DNA from: a virus
Length of the DNA: 64,000 nucleotides
IMG/VR virus record: IMGVR_UViG_3300015241_000149
Span: 2,854 to 66,853 of that record
Reading direction: 5' to 3' (one strand)
Of the stretch, positions 1 through 10,701 are shown piece after piece (positions within the stretch are counted from its first letter, which is position 1; each line of letters opens with the position of its first letter). Under the pieces are notes generated by a model. The model was given only the letters and a program-made list of their open reading frames with translations, did not search any database and was not told the DNA's origin. A program made the position numbers and the translations under genes.

Positions 1-145
1 ACTACGTCGACTCGCCGGTACGGCTTGAGGTCACTGAGGTGGACCAGGCAACGCTCGACAAGCTGAGCGCCGAACTGGTTGACCGGGCGAACAGCGGCAA
101 CGACGGCCTTGCCTACAGGTGGCTCTTTCCCTACGACGACCCGCA

Positions 146-871
146 GTGAACGCCGGCGAGACCTACTGGGATGTCCTCCCCGACTACGTCGAGTGCACCG
201 AGTGCGGCCATCCGATCGAATCGCACGACAGGAAGGGCTGTCTCGAGTTGGGAGCGGGAGCATGCAACTGCCCCGAGGGCTTCACCACCGAACAGATCCG
301 TGCCATAAGGAAACAGGAGGGCAAGCCCGCCAAGTACTGACCGGACGCAATACCCCAACCACCGGACCAAGGAGAGAAGCACCGATGACGATGCCGTATG
401 ACCCCGCCGAGAACGAGTGGGTGGCTGAGGTCAATGCCGCCGAGCTGGACCCTGAGCACTATGAGAACTACGGCGAGCGAAACAACCTGTTCCTGCTCGC
501 GCTCGGCACGGTCCTGCGAGGTGAGGCATGAACGAATGGAAACCAGGTGACCCGTTGCCGGGCGTTGAGAGCCAAGGAAGCTGGAGCAATCAACCCATAG
601 TCCAGATCAAAGACTTCGCCAATGACGTAAATACCGAGGTCTCCGGGTACCGCAACACTCAGGACTCGGCCGAAGATCGTCCTTGGTCGTGGCTATGAAC
701 GGCCCGGTCCAGGATCTGCGCTTCGCCAGCGAGCACGACCTGTTGCGGCTGTACAGCGAGTACACGGTAGCTGTGTTCGACGACTCGCAGTCGATCGAGG
801 AGGCGTTGGTGGCGGACCACCGGCTGCGCGCGGTCAACCACGAGCTGTACCGGCGCCGCATCCAGGTCTAG
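146..871 (+). CDS. cluster of four small hypothetical genes (146-340 Cys/His zinc-finger-like, 385-531, 528-698, 695-871)
   Basis: Coupled ATGA/GTGA overlaps; CxxCxH...C...CxC in the first; GGAGAG RBS before 385. Confidence 0.6.
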
Positions 872-884
872 TCTTTCAACACGG

Positions 885-920
885 TTGACAGGTAGGGCTC
901 TGTTCGGTAGAGTCCTACCT
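885..920 (+). promoter_or_regulatory. SigA-type promoter, leaderless, overlapped by an inverted repeat
   Basis: TTGACA(885-890)-17 nt-TAGAGT(908-913), ATG at 921; AGGTAGGGCTCT/AGAGTCCTACCT inverted repeat. Confidence 0.8.
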
Positions 921-1678
921 ATGACAACGAAAAAGGGCCAGGACACCGGGCGCTGCACCCGCAACGCCACCGTCATCTACGTGGACGCCTACGGCGAGCA
1001 GACGGGCGTAGTCGCTGGCTACAACTACCGCTCCGACAACGGAAACCCCGAGTCGCTCATCCTCACCGATGGTCAGACGATCGGCCTGGAACAGGTTCGC
1101 AGCGCACGGTCGCGCTGACCGCTTGCATCGGCCCTGACTGCCACAGGGTTGGTGCTGGCTGCCAGAACTATCGAGAGGAACGGGAGGCAGAAGCTGATGC
1201 CCCGTGACAAGTACGCCACAGGCCGAGCCAACATCCGCACTCGCGCGGTTGAACGCGCCCTCATTGAAGCAGGTGCCTCACCTTGGATGGGTGGCCGTAC
1301 CAAGGATACGTACACGGAGCACGGTGCCTACGGTGAGAAGCAAGCCGTGGTGAACGCTGTGAGCGCGCTCGGGTGGAAGGGTGTCACGGTGGTAGACGGT
1401 GGAGAACAGTACAACCGGTGCAGCATGAAGAACGTGCACGTGTACTGGATTCGAGTTCCGAAATGACCGAGCAGATCCCGGACGGTTGGGCTGACGCCGT
1501 CGCCAAATCAGCCGTGGAGGCGTATCGACGGGGCCGCATCGACGGACTGATCGAGGCCGCCGACCACGTGGAGAACTTCCCGCACGCCAACGTGACCTAC
1601 CGCCGACACCAGAAGCAGTGCGTCGAGCAGGTGTGGCGCCAGGTCGCGCGGCTCAAAGGACAGGAAAGCCCTTTTTAG
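921..1678 (+). CDS. three small hypothetical genes (921-1118, 1197-1466, 1463-1678)
   Basis: ORFs downstream of the 885 promoter; GGGAGG RBS before 1197; ATGA overlap at 1463. Confidence 0.65.
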
Positions 1679-1681
1679 ACG

Positions 1682-2020
1682 CTAGCGGAAGCGGTTCCGC
1701 CCACCCTTGCGCGAGTTGCAGGCCCGGCACAGCACCGACGCGTTGGCCTCATCGCTGGAACCGCCCTCAGATCGGCTCACAACGTGATCCAGGGTCAAGC
1801 CGCCTGCTGGTACCGGGTGCGGGTCCACGCCGTGTCCGGGGCAGAGCCAGCCGTACGCAGCAACCCATCTGACGATGACGGTGGCGCGCAGCTTCTGGTG
1901 TGGCCGGCCTAGTCCCCGGTCGTTGGTCTTGGCCTGGTAGCCGGACGCGGCGGGGTGTGCGGCGCAGCGCGCGCCGGTCTTGGTCGGTGTGCCACACACC
2001 AGGCACGGACGCGCCGCCAT
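1682..2020 (-). CDS. HNH endonuclease (packaging-associated type)
   Basis: RPCLVCG...RCAAH N-terminus, LTLDHVV...GG...N..VLCRACNSRKG. Confidence 0.9.
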   Translation of the reverse strand: MAARPCLVCGTPTKTGARCAAHPAASGYQAKTNDRGLGRPHQKLRATVIVRWVAAYGWLCPGHGVDPHPVPAGGLTLDHVVSRSEGGSSDEANASVLCRACNSRKGGRNRFR

Positions 2021-2079
2021 AGCGCCCTCTCCCGCCGTCGTCGGGCCAGAACCTCCCGGCGCAACCTGTGTCCACTGCA

Positions 2080-2108
2080 TTGACAACGACGCCACATACC
2101 GGTAGAGT
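2080..2108 (+). promoter_or_regulatory. SigA-type promoter
   Basis: TTGACA(2080-2085)-17 nt-TAGAGT(2103-2108); shares CGGTAGAGTyCTACyT with the 885 promoter. Confidence 0.75.
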
Positions 2109-2137
2109 TCTACTTACCAGCCAGAGAGGACGGACCC

Positions 2138-4285
2138 ATGCTCACCGTTTTGTCCCTGCTCTGCTCTTGGGTCGTCCTGGGCTTGACGATGTTCGAGGTC
2201 CACGCCCTGCGCGCCCGGGTGAGCGAACTGGAAAGGAAAGTCTGACATGAAGACCCACCTGAGCTTCAAAGGCCGCATCACACACGCAGTAGCAATCCAA
2301 TGGCTCACAGACCAGTTCGAGTACGAACTCTGCCCCTTGTGTGGGGGCGACACAGTAGATCACAGCGTAGGCATAGACATGTTCGGCAACTTCCACGCCT
2401 TCTGCGACACCACACCCCAGATCGACCCCAACGACCCCGAGTACACCCAGGACCCGGACGATCACTACGACCGCTCACGAGACGGGATCTGAGATGGCTG
2501 GCGACGTGAAGGTCTCCGACTGGGCGGTCAGGGCCGCGCTCGCGGAAATGCAGCGGTGGGGTATCCGTCCCTCATATCTGCTAGCCGCTGTGCGGGACGC
2601 GGTACAAGCGGCCTTTGAGGCTCAGGCGGCGTACGACAGGACGGTTGAGCGAGAAGAGATGTTCGAGCGGTGGAATAGCGCCGTGCTGCCGTACATAGTC
2701 AAAGAATCGTGGAGGCAGCAGGAAATGGCCATCTTCACCGGCAAGGGCGACTACAACAACCCGCGCACGCTCGAGGAGATCGAGGCAGAACGGCTCCAGG
2801 AGGAGATCGAGAAGGCGGCCCGTGAAGATGAGGAGGAGAGCTGATGGCTATGGCGGCTGAACTGGTCCTTGATGTCTGTACCCCCGAGGGCAAAACCTGG
2901 CTGGCTCGGGTACTGCGGCGCGACGTGAGCCAGCCCGGCAACCTCGCTCGGGTGTTCATCAGGGTTGATGAGTACAACCTGTCCGGGTCTCGGAAGACGG
3001 GAAACGTGACCTACACAGAGTTGAGCGACGGCGTCTATGAGAGCAACGAAGGTCGCCGTCGTCTCGGAAGGCGCTACTGGGTAGTCACCGGTGACGAAAT
3101 CCGCGAGGTCGACCGCAAGGAAGCTATGGCCGCATTGGTGCAGAGCTGATGGCTATCGTGCGGCACGTCAGTCACGGCCAGCCGATCCGGGTCATCGTAG
3201 ACGTGAACGGCGCGCTGGCCGAGGTGACCGGGTTCGTCACCATGATGCTCACCGAACCGGGCACCGCCGTGACCGTGAACTACCTCAACACGCTGGTCGT
3301 CGCCGGCACCGCCCGGCCCATCACCGAGCTGCCCACCGCGCCGGCACAGCCCCAGGGAACGAGGTTCGAACGGTGAGCGGCTGGTGCGTGTGGGCCCTAC
3401 TGCCTGGGTACGAACGCGGCAACCAGACACAAGGCGCTGGCTGGTCCCGCATCGCTGCCGGCATAACTCAGGAACAAGCCGAGTGGATGGCCGGGGCTCT
3501 GCGCTTCTCAGCCCGCGCCATGCCCGATCGAGAGGCTACTGATGACTGAACAGAGAGTGCCCTGTCAGGGCTGCGGCCGGCTTATCCCGGTCAGCCAGGC
3601 CCCGTTGTGCAATGCCTGCATCGACGCGGGTGAGTGACGTGACCGACCCCGCAGAGATCCTGAACGTTCCTTGGCCGGCCCGAGACGAGATCCTGGATGA
3701 GCTGCGCGCGGCCCGGGAGCGTTGGGATGCCGCGCAGGCTGTGCACCTCGCCGCGCGAATCGCGTTCCAGGACGCCGCCCGCAAGGCCGTGCTAGCGGCC
3801 CGACGCAATGGGCACGCCCGGTTCTACTCCCCGCCCATGTCTGAGCTCGCGGTCGCCGCCGGACAGTCCGTGGAGTGGCTCGGCGACGTCAAGTACACGC
3901 CGATGGGCTCTCTTGTGCCCGGTCGAAGGTCAGCTCGCAGTGTCTAAGCAGCTGACGATCATCCAAATTCAGCTGCTCTGCGTTGTGGTGCTGCTCTCCG
4001 CCATCTTGATCCAGCTGTCGGGCAGGTAACCCCATGCAGCCTGACCCAACGGACAAGAGGCTGGACACCGTCTCAATCAAGATCAGCGTGCCTGGTGTCC
4101 GCGCCCGGGTCCGCATGTTCCAGACCCGGCGGCGCTGGCTGTTCTGCGGTCCCCGGCGCTGGGCTGTGATGGGCCCGTCCCAGTTCGCAATCAAGTTCTT
4201 CGATGACTACAGCGAGGCGTTCGAGTACCTGATCCGGCGCGCCAAGTCAGCCGCCGACGGTGACGCCACCCTCAACGGCTCCTGA
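2138..4285 (+). CDS. operon of ~9 small hypothetical genes (2138-2245, 2247-2492, 2494-2844, 2844-3149, 3149-3376, 3373-3549, ~3630-3947, ~3940-4029, 4034-4285)
   Basis: Abutting/overlapping ORFs downstream of the 2080 promoter; no recognisable domains. Confidence 0.6.
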
Positions 4286-4289
4286 GCAG

Positions 4290-4401
4290 TGCGCCCGCCG
4301 GGACTCGAACCCGAAACCTCCGCCTTAGCGAGGCGGTGCTCTACCGGGCCGACGCGCCGTGCACAGCGATGCCGGTGGTGGTCCCCTTGAGCTACAGACG
4401 C
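4290..4401 (-). tRNA. tRNA-like gene, anticodon GCU (Ser) on a class-I body, with a 47-nt D-loop
   Basis: GCGTCTG/CGGGCGC acceptor, GCTC/GAGC D-stem, CCGCC-TCGCTAA-GGCGG anticodon arm, TCGGG-TTCGAGT-CCCGG T-arm; no encoded CCA. Confidence 0.75.
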
Positions 4402-4427
4402 GGTTATTGCGGGGAGCACCGTACCAT

Positions 4428-5318
4428 CTAGAACCCCTTCGCCTTCGCCCACGCCTGCGATGCCGCCCACAGGGTCGCGTCCGCGCTGGTAGGCGTAGGT
4501 GTGGGGGTCGGTGGGGGCGTCGGGGTGACCACGGGGAAGGGGCTGGCGTTCGTCCCGGTGAGCGCCTGATAGTCCGCGTTAGCGGTGGCACCGTCCAGGC
4601 CGCTCGGGGTCAACCCAGTCTTGGATTCCCAGTCCGCCGAGATCGGCACCCACCACTCATCGAAGTAGCGGGTGTGGAACGCGGCGGTCATCGGCTGCGT
4701 CTTCGCCCAGGTCACGCACGTGTAGGTGGCGGCGTCGTAGCCGACCAGCGGAACGCAGTGCCCTCCGTCGATCGGGCTGCGCGCCACCACCGACCACGGC
4801 TGACCCGCATCGAACTGGCTCATCGCGCTCGCCGGCACGTTCAACCCGGCGTACACCACTCCGAACAGGGCGATGCAATTGCGCAACAGCGCCGTGTTGG
4901 TGCCGTCGATCTGCGCGTACGCGGCCAGTTTGTAGCCGTTCACCCCGACCTTGGTCCAGTACTGCAAACCAGAGATCAAGGTGGCGCCGACGTCGGAGTT
5001 GGGGTTGGACGGGGTGTAGCCACTGATCGCCGAGTACATGGTCAGCACCTGCGCGGTGGTGAACCCGGTGGTGACGTTCTGCGCGTCGTACTCCCACATC
5101 TGCTGAGAATGGAACGCGGCCGCCGCCACACAGTCCCCGACCTGGTCGTTGCCGAGCATGCCCCATGAACTCCCCGGCACCGCGCTCGACCAGTTCGCCG
5201 ACGCGGGTGGGGTCAGGGTGGCCCCGGGCAACAGTGACAGCTTGACCCGGGGAATGGATCGGTCGTCTGGTTGGCGACCTAGCATCTTGCGCGCGGACGG
5301 CTTGGAGAACAGTGGCAT
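4428..5318 (-). CDS. papain-like (C1-type) cysteine peptidase
   Basis: NDQVGDC catalytic Cys motif, GGHCVPLVGYD His motif, VTW; Pro/Thr linker at C-terminus. Confidence 0.75.
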   Translation of the reverse strand: MPLFSKPSARKMLGRQPDDRSIPRVKLSLLPGATLTPPASANWSSAVPGSSWGMLGNDQVGDCVAAAAFHSQQMWEYDAQNVTTGFTTAQVLTMYSAISGYTPSNPNSDVGATLISGLQYWTKVGVNGYKLAAYAQIDGTNTALLRNCIALFGVVYAGLNVPASAMSQFDAGQPWSVVARSPIDGGHCVPLVGYDAATYTCVTWAKTQPMTAAFHTRYFDEWWVPISADWESKTGLTPSGLDGATANADYQALTGTNASPFPVVTPTPPPTPTPTPTSADATLWAASQAWAKAKGF

Positions 5319-5350
5319 GGGGGTCCCGTTCGGGGTTGGGATGGGGACGG

Positions 5351-5393
5351 CAAAGGACCCGCTGACTGTGGGGGTTAGTCAACGGGTCCTTTG
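5351..5393 (-). terminator. 17-bp stem-loop upstream of the peptidase (terminator/attenuator)
   Basis: CAAAGGACCCGTTGACT/AGTCAGCGGGTCCTTTG; the single wobble is U-G only on the - strand. Confidence 0.55.
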
Positions 5394-5697
5394 AGAAAAC
5401 AAGGTCACTGTGAAGTTGGTCAACTAGAAGCAGCGGCCTGTCGTACATGCGCAAGTGCTCCGACACCTGAGTTCCAGCTAAGGCGCCGGTATTACCGAAC
5501 GGAACACATCAATCCGCATCACACCGTTGGATGTGATATCTCAACCAGGTGGTTGGGATGTACCCAGGTTGACAGAGATGGCCCGCGTTGTCAAGCCGGT
5601 GGACATAAAGGGAGTGTGGGACCGCGTCCCCGTTCGCTCCCCGCGTCGGACGGACAAGTCACCACACTCACGGGGTATGTTGCGCGCAGGTCAGGGG

Positions 5698-5910
5698 CTA
5701 TGTCAACTTGCGCCGATTCCTCGGGTGAATCGACCGTCCGTCTCGCAACGCGATCAGGTGGTCCCGGTCATACATCGGCCGGCCACGCTCATCCAACCCG
5801 TACTCCCACAGTTTCCCCCGGGAGCGCCATGCTCTGATCGTGCCAGGGGGAATGCTCAGACGGCGCGCGGCCTCGGCGGCGGTGAACAGGTGCCGGACCT
5901 CTTTCGCCAT
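5698..5910 (-). CDS. MerR/Xis-like HTH DNA-binding protein
   Basis: LFTAAEAARRLSIPPGTIRAWRSRGKL...GRPMY. Confidence 0.8.
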   Translation of the reverse strand: MAKEVRHLFTAAEAARRLSIPPGTIRAWRSRGKLWEYGLDERGRPMYDRDHLIALRDGRSIHPRNRRKLT

Positions 5911-5918
5911 GGCGAGAG

Positions 5919-6665
5919 TCACGCGGACCGCAGCAACAGCCCGAGGCGGCCCCACTCCGGTCGATCCCAGTCCCGCCCACACGCCGCGCACCCGATGATT
6001 GAAGAACTCGCCTGCGGGGGGTAGAGCGGGCCGCCACAGGTCCGGGTGTGCTCGCCCAGGTCGAGAGTGTTGGGGCAGCGCGCGAACGGGCGCGAACGGG
6101 GTTCCTCCCCTTCCAGCCGGGTCACCGAGGACAGCTGTCGGACCAACGCGCGCAGCCGCCCGAAGTAGGCCCCGACGTCGGGTTGCCGGCACCACCAGTC
6201 CGTATGGCGGACCAGAAACTCGCACAGCACGGGCACGGCACCCCCCGGCAGGGCGCTCAGCTCGCGGCGCTCAGCGACGTCGGTGGCCTCGGTGACCAGA
6301 ACCAGCCACACGCTCAGCGGCGGTCGCGTCGACTCGGTGTGTACCCGCCCGTCCCCGCCGAGCCAGACGTGTGCCTGTGAGCTCGAACGCCGGTCCCGCA
6401 TGGCAATCACGTGGTCTTGCGCCGGCGAACGGGACCCGAAACCGGGCGCGCCGCGATGCCCGAGGTCTCCGTTGCCGCCCGGTCGCGCGGACAGCAGGGT
6501 GTAGCGGGCCGCGATTTCGGTGAGCAGCTCGGGGATGCGATCCGCGCAGGCTCCGCAGACATGTCCGATCTCGGCGCGTCGCCATGCCTGGGTGGCTTTC
6601 GGAGGTTTGCACGTGACACACGCGCTGCCCGGCCGGGCCAATGCTTGATCGTCATCTTCATACAT
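5919..6665 (-). CDS. Cys-rich actinophage protein (possible late regulator partner)
   Basis: CxxC pairs at both ends (CVTC, CGAC, CP..CGG, CAAC); directly upstream of the HTH gene. Confidence 0.6.
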   Translation of the reverse strand: MYEDDDQALARPGSACVTCKPPKATQAWRRAEIGHVCGACADRIPELLTEIAARYTLLSARPGGNGDLGHRGAPGFGSRSPAQDHVIAMRDRRSSSQAHVWLGGDGRVHTESTRPPLSVWLVLVTEATDVAERRELSALPGGAVPVLCEFLVRHTDWWCRQPDVGAYFGRLRALVRQLSSVTRLEGEEPRSRPFARCPNTLDLGEHTRTCGGPLYPPQASSSIIGCAACGRDWDRPEWGRLGLLLRSA

Positions 6666-7154
6666 CAGCGACCTCCGGTTAGACTGCGGGTCGGTCGCCT
6701 ACGGGATGGGGACCAGCGCCCTGCTGACGGGCGGACGGGCGTCGTCTACGGGTCACTCCAGACGGCGCCCGTTCCCGTGTTGCGCGGTCCAGCGGGCCCG
6801 GCCGCCCCACACCAGGGCGATGCTGATCTGCCAACACAGCACCCGCCAGGTGAGCTCATCCATCACGTCCAAGCCGGCCTCGCGCGCGGCGTGGTAGTCG
6901 GCCACGGTGAACTCAGCCAGCAAGGTGATCATGCGGGGGTCAGGCACAGTCATCGCGGCACCGGTCATTCTCGTCATCGTCCCCATAGGGATTGTGGTCG
7001 GCGAAATGCTCAAATGCCCAACCCCACGCCGCCTCCCAGGTAAGAAATGACGTGCAAATGTGTGGGCATTCCGCGCAATAGGCTTGATAACGGCAATTAA
7101 CAGCCATCGCGGTATTACTCGGATAAAACACTCTCTGTACCAGGCACCTATGAT

Positions 7155-7412
7155 TCATATGCACCGCCGCCGTCGGGAAGCAGCCAGTCCGCGCCGGGTC
7201 TTGCGCACCGATTCTGGGTGGTCCGTGATGCCCAGCGCGGCCATGACGACCGAGGCGTCTTCAGTATTCCAACAATTGTCGATTGCCATCTTGGAAACCG
7301 CCCGCGCGGCCAGTGCCAGCTCCCGCTCGGTGGGTGGGCGGACCACGGCAATCAGTTGTTTCATCCGGTCGTGGTCACGGTCCTTCGTGCGGGCGGCCTG
7401 GGTGCGGGGCAT
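7155..7412 (-). CDS. hypothetical protein
   Basis: AGGAGG RBS, 85 aa. Confidence 0.6.
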   Translation of the reverse strand: MPRTQAARTKDRDHDRMKQLIAVVRPPTERELALAARAVSKMAIDNCWNTEDASVVMAALGITDHPESVRKTRRGLAASRRRRCI

Positions 7413-7569
7413 GGGGTCCTCCTGGAGTTATAGACGTTCGGGATGGGGGGTTGGTTGCTACCGGGTTGCGGTGTCCGCGCCGGATGCCGTCATGGACTCT
7501 AATCCGGCAAGTAGTCCTTCCTCGTGCGCGCGTACGCGCGCGAGGGGACAGGCACTCGCCGGATTAGAG

Positions 7570-7782
7570 GTTAGGGTCCGCACGGTTCCCGGTTCCCGAT
7601 GGTTCCGGGAACTAACGGGAACCAGTTTAGTTAGGGTAGGCACGGTTCCCGGTTCCCGATGGTTCCCGATGGTTCCCGATGGTTCCCGGAACCGGTTCCC
7701 CGGGGGTACCCTCCGAAGGAGGGGGTACCCCGGAACCGACGTGGGCCCGATTGAAGATCATTTATTCAAGATCCGGGAACCG
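7570..7782. repeat. GGTTCCC/GGGAACC repeat cluster, candidate replication origin
   Basis: About a dozen GGTTCC(C) copies in both orientations, 10-bp-period GGTTCCCGAT run, 60-bp-spaced direct repeat (7570/7630), GGGGTACCC palindrome; just downstream of Prim-Pol gene. Confidence 0.75.
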
Positions 7783-9793
7783 ATGGGGGGCTTGGAAGGT
7801 CATATCGAGCCGCTCGACCGTAGGACACGTTCACGAGCCGCTCAGTGGCCACGAGACGGTGCAGAGCCTCCAGAACGCTCGCCTTCTTCCGCCGGACGTT
7901 GGCCGACACGAGGGACGCGCTCACGTCCAGTCCCTTGCCGATGAGTTCGGCCGCCACCGCGTAAACCTCATCGTCCAGCTCGCCCTGGCGGCGGTCCTCA
8001 CGCATCGACTCGAACTCAGGGTCGGGACCGTCGTCAGGGTTGGGGGCGTGCAAGACAAGCTCCCAGCGGTCCCCGGTGTCGTCGATGACCATCTCGGCAA
8101 GGTGGTATTTACGGGCAACATTGGTTGGGGTGGCAACGTTGCGAAGCATCCCGGGACGATCCTTGACTACGTACACCCCAGAGTTGCCCTTCATCCCGAT
8201 GCCGAATGCCTCTCGATTCTCGACAAGGAACGCGGCACCGGAGATGCCATTCAGTTTGTGTACCGACCCGAGTGCATATCCATGGCCGTTCTGGTTCGGG
8301 TCCTTCACGACGTGATCGGCCGACACCACCGCCGCGCCGTACCGGGTCCACGGCTTGACCAACCGCCGTCGGTAGTCGGCGGCACCGTCGGGATCATTTA
8401 TCTTCTGGCCGTGCAATGCCATCGCCTCGTTCTGGCCATCGAGCACGACAAGCACCGGAACACGTTCATCGCAGATCTCGTCAATGCGCCCCGGCGGAAC
8501 CGGGTGCTCAGCACCGATGAACACCAGGTCGTCCACGATGCGGTGGGTGGGTACGTGGAACTGGTGCGCCAGGCGCCGCACCGTGGACGACGCGCGAGCC
8601 TCCTCGAAGTGCACGTACACCACCCGGTTGCCCGCAACGAGCTCATCGGCGGCGCAGGCGAGCAGGAACCACGTCTTTCCGCCCTCTGTCTCGCCGATGA
8701 CGGCGTGTTCCAGTCCGGGGTAGAGGAAACGGACCCCATCGCGCCGTCGTGCGCCTACGGCCGTCTCAGGGCCCGTTTCGGCCCCTTCGATCGCGGCCCG
8801 GATCTCGTCACCACCTTCCGCCGTCCACCTCTCGTCCGCGTCCGGCGCGGCGGAGGTACCGGACGGAGACGAAAAAGGGTCGGCGGGGTCCACGAGCGTG
8901 TAGGGGTCCCTCATGCCTGCACGCATCCCCGAGCGGATGGTTGCTGTCGCTTCGCCGCGTTCCATGCCCAACGCGGCGGCTTCCTCGGCGAGCCTGCTCC
9001 AGGCGTAGTCCTCATCCCAGAAGCCGGGAACGAAGTGCCCGACCACCACCGCCGCCTGGTTCAGCGCGGTATTGCGCGAGAGCCGCCCACTGGCCGCGTC
9101 GCCATGCTCCACGGCGGTGCGCAGTGGCCCGATGGCGTACCGCTCGACCCAGCCGACCGCCTGGTCCATCGTGTACCGGCGCGTATTGCCCCCTGACTGC
9201 CCGTCTCCGGCCCGAATCAGCCCCGTCTGGCCGGAGACCCTGGGGATGTCCTCCTCGGGCGTCAGCAGGGCACTCAGCCACGCTGGCAAGGGCACCGCGA
9301 CCGCGTCGGGCTCCTCGGCCGTGTACCGGACACCGCTGGGATGCACCGAACCCGCGCCGACCACATACCCGCCGTCGCCCCGCCCGCCACGGACGTCGAA
9401 CCCGTAGTCGGCCAGCACGCCGGGCGCGTTGCCGATCTCGACCCCGGCGGGCGCGGCGAAGTACCAGTGCCAGCCGTGCGCGGTCGACACCCGGTAGGTC
9501 TCCGGTGTTGACTGTCCGTAGTCATCACACAGCCGTTCCATACCGCCCAGGACATCCTCATCCAGGATCACCAGACCCGACCCCTTGGCCGCGATACCGA
9601 CGTTCACCGGTTCACGGCCGAACCACATCTCCAGGGTCGCGGCGGTGGGTTCGGTCGCGGTCGCGGTGCCCCACTTGATCCCGACAGCTGGCCGTTTACC
9701 AGCATATTCCACCGGGAATGGCCGCCAGCCCCGAGCTACAGCGGCACGTGCGCGCTCCAGCGGGGACGGTTCGATGAGCGGCATCGCGCTCAT
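7766..9793 (-). CDS. bifunctional DNA primase/polymerase fused to P-loop helicase
   Basis: WRPFP..GKRP, NVGI, LVILDED, GWHWYF, DVRG..GYVVGAGSVHPSG; Walker A GETEGGKT, VVLDG. Confidence 0.9.
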   Translation of the reverse strand: MSAMPLIEPSPLERARAAVARGWRPFPVEYAGKRPAVGIKWGTATATEPTAATLEMWFGREPVNVGIAAKGSGLVILDEDVLGGMERLCDDYGQSTPETYRVSTAHGWHWYFAAPAGVEIGNAPGVLADYGFDVRGGRGDGGYVVGAGSVHPSGVRYTAEEPDAVAVPLPAWLSALLTPEEDIPRVSGQTGLIRAGDGQSGGNTRRYTMDQAVGWVERYAIGPLRTAVEHGDAASGRLSRNTALNQAAVVVGHFVPGFWDEDYAWSRLAEEAAALGMERGEATATIRSGMRAGMRDPYTLVDPADPFSSPSGTSAAPDADERWTAEGGDEIRAAIEGAETGPETAVGARRRDGVRFLYPGLEHAVIGETEGGKTWFLLACAADELVAGNRVVYVHFEEARASSTVRRLAHQFHVPTHRIVDDLVFIGAEHPVPPGRIDEICDERVPVLVVLDGQNEAMALHGQKINDPDGAADYRRRLVKPWTRYGAAVVSADHVVKDPNQNGHGYALGSVHKLNGISGAAFLVENREAFGIGMKGNSGVYVVKDRPGMLRNVATPTNVARKYHLAEMVIDDTGDRWELVLHAPNPDDGPDPEFESMREDRRQGELDDEVYAVAAELIGKGLDVSASLVSANVRRKKASVLEALHRLVATERLVNVSYGRAARYDLPSPPSVPGS

Positions 9794-10701
9794 CCCGTCC
9801 GCCGTTGTACCAGCCGCGCACCCAGCTGCTCCTGGCCTAGCTCTATGGCGTCACGCTCAGTGACGGGAACGAGTACCGCGATAGTGGCGTCGGGGTCCGG
9901 CCGCGACTCGTACGTTTGCCGTCCCCGCTCCGCGATCCAGGTCCCGGACTCGTCTACTTCCGCGATGTGCCAGAGCGCGCCATCACCGCCGAGAACCACA
10001 TCGCCGGCCACCACATGGCGCCACGCGATGAAGATCGGTACCCAGGCGCTGGGCAACTCCTCGGGGCTCATCAGTCGTCCCCATCCGGGCCGGCCGGGCA
10101 GCGAACGTGGACATACCCGTCACGCAGGTCATCGACGATCCACTCACCGACTTCGATCGGTTCCTCACAGTCCGAGCACAGACCTTTGAACTGAGCACGC
10201 CAGCCCTGTGTCATCACGCCATCTCCTTCATCGGGGCGCACGCGGCCAGCGCGGATTCGGGGTCCGGCGCGCCTGCGTACGCGGTGAGTTGCCGTGCGGT
10301 GATCGGGCGGGGCGCGAGCTCGCCGTGATGACGCGCCCGCCAAGCCAGGTCGAGCGTCCAGCCGGGTGCGCGGCGGCGGCGAATCCATAGCGCGACCAGC
10401 GCCCGGCCGTCTACGTGACGGGCCCGGATGAGTACCGAGTCCACGGTCTCGAGTACCTCGACCCGATGACGCTTGCCGTTGCCGTCGGTATCGGCGGACA
10501 AGGTGCCGAACGCGCACTGCCCGGTGGCGGTACGCAACTGTGTGGACCAGCCGTCGAGCTTGCGCAACAGCACGGCCGCCGCGCGCGGGGTCGCCGTCAT
10601 TGCCGCACCGCCCACACGATGAACGCGATGACCGCGATCAGTCCCAGAAAGATCAGTACAGTGCCCCACATCTGCACACCGGTGTAGTCCTGTGGCGTCA
10701 T
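9790..10701 (-). CDS. four small hypothetical genes (9790-10071, ~10071-10217, 10214-10600, 10597-10701 with a TM helix)
   Basis: Coupled ORFs in the replication operon. Confidence 0.55.

Noticed and set aside
4325-4331. CUA in the anticodon loop suggesting an amber suppressor or stop-codon recoding
   Set aside because: Standard register gives GCU at 34-36, and TAG terminates many well-formed genes here.
4290-4401. tRNA fragment as attP, or a YrlA Y RNA
   Set aside because: No integrase or Ro60 gene in the window; both tRNA halves are present and the ends lie at the acceptor stem, unlike YrlA.
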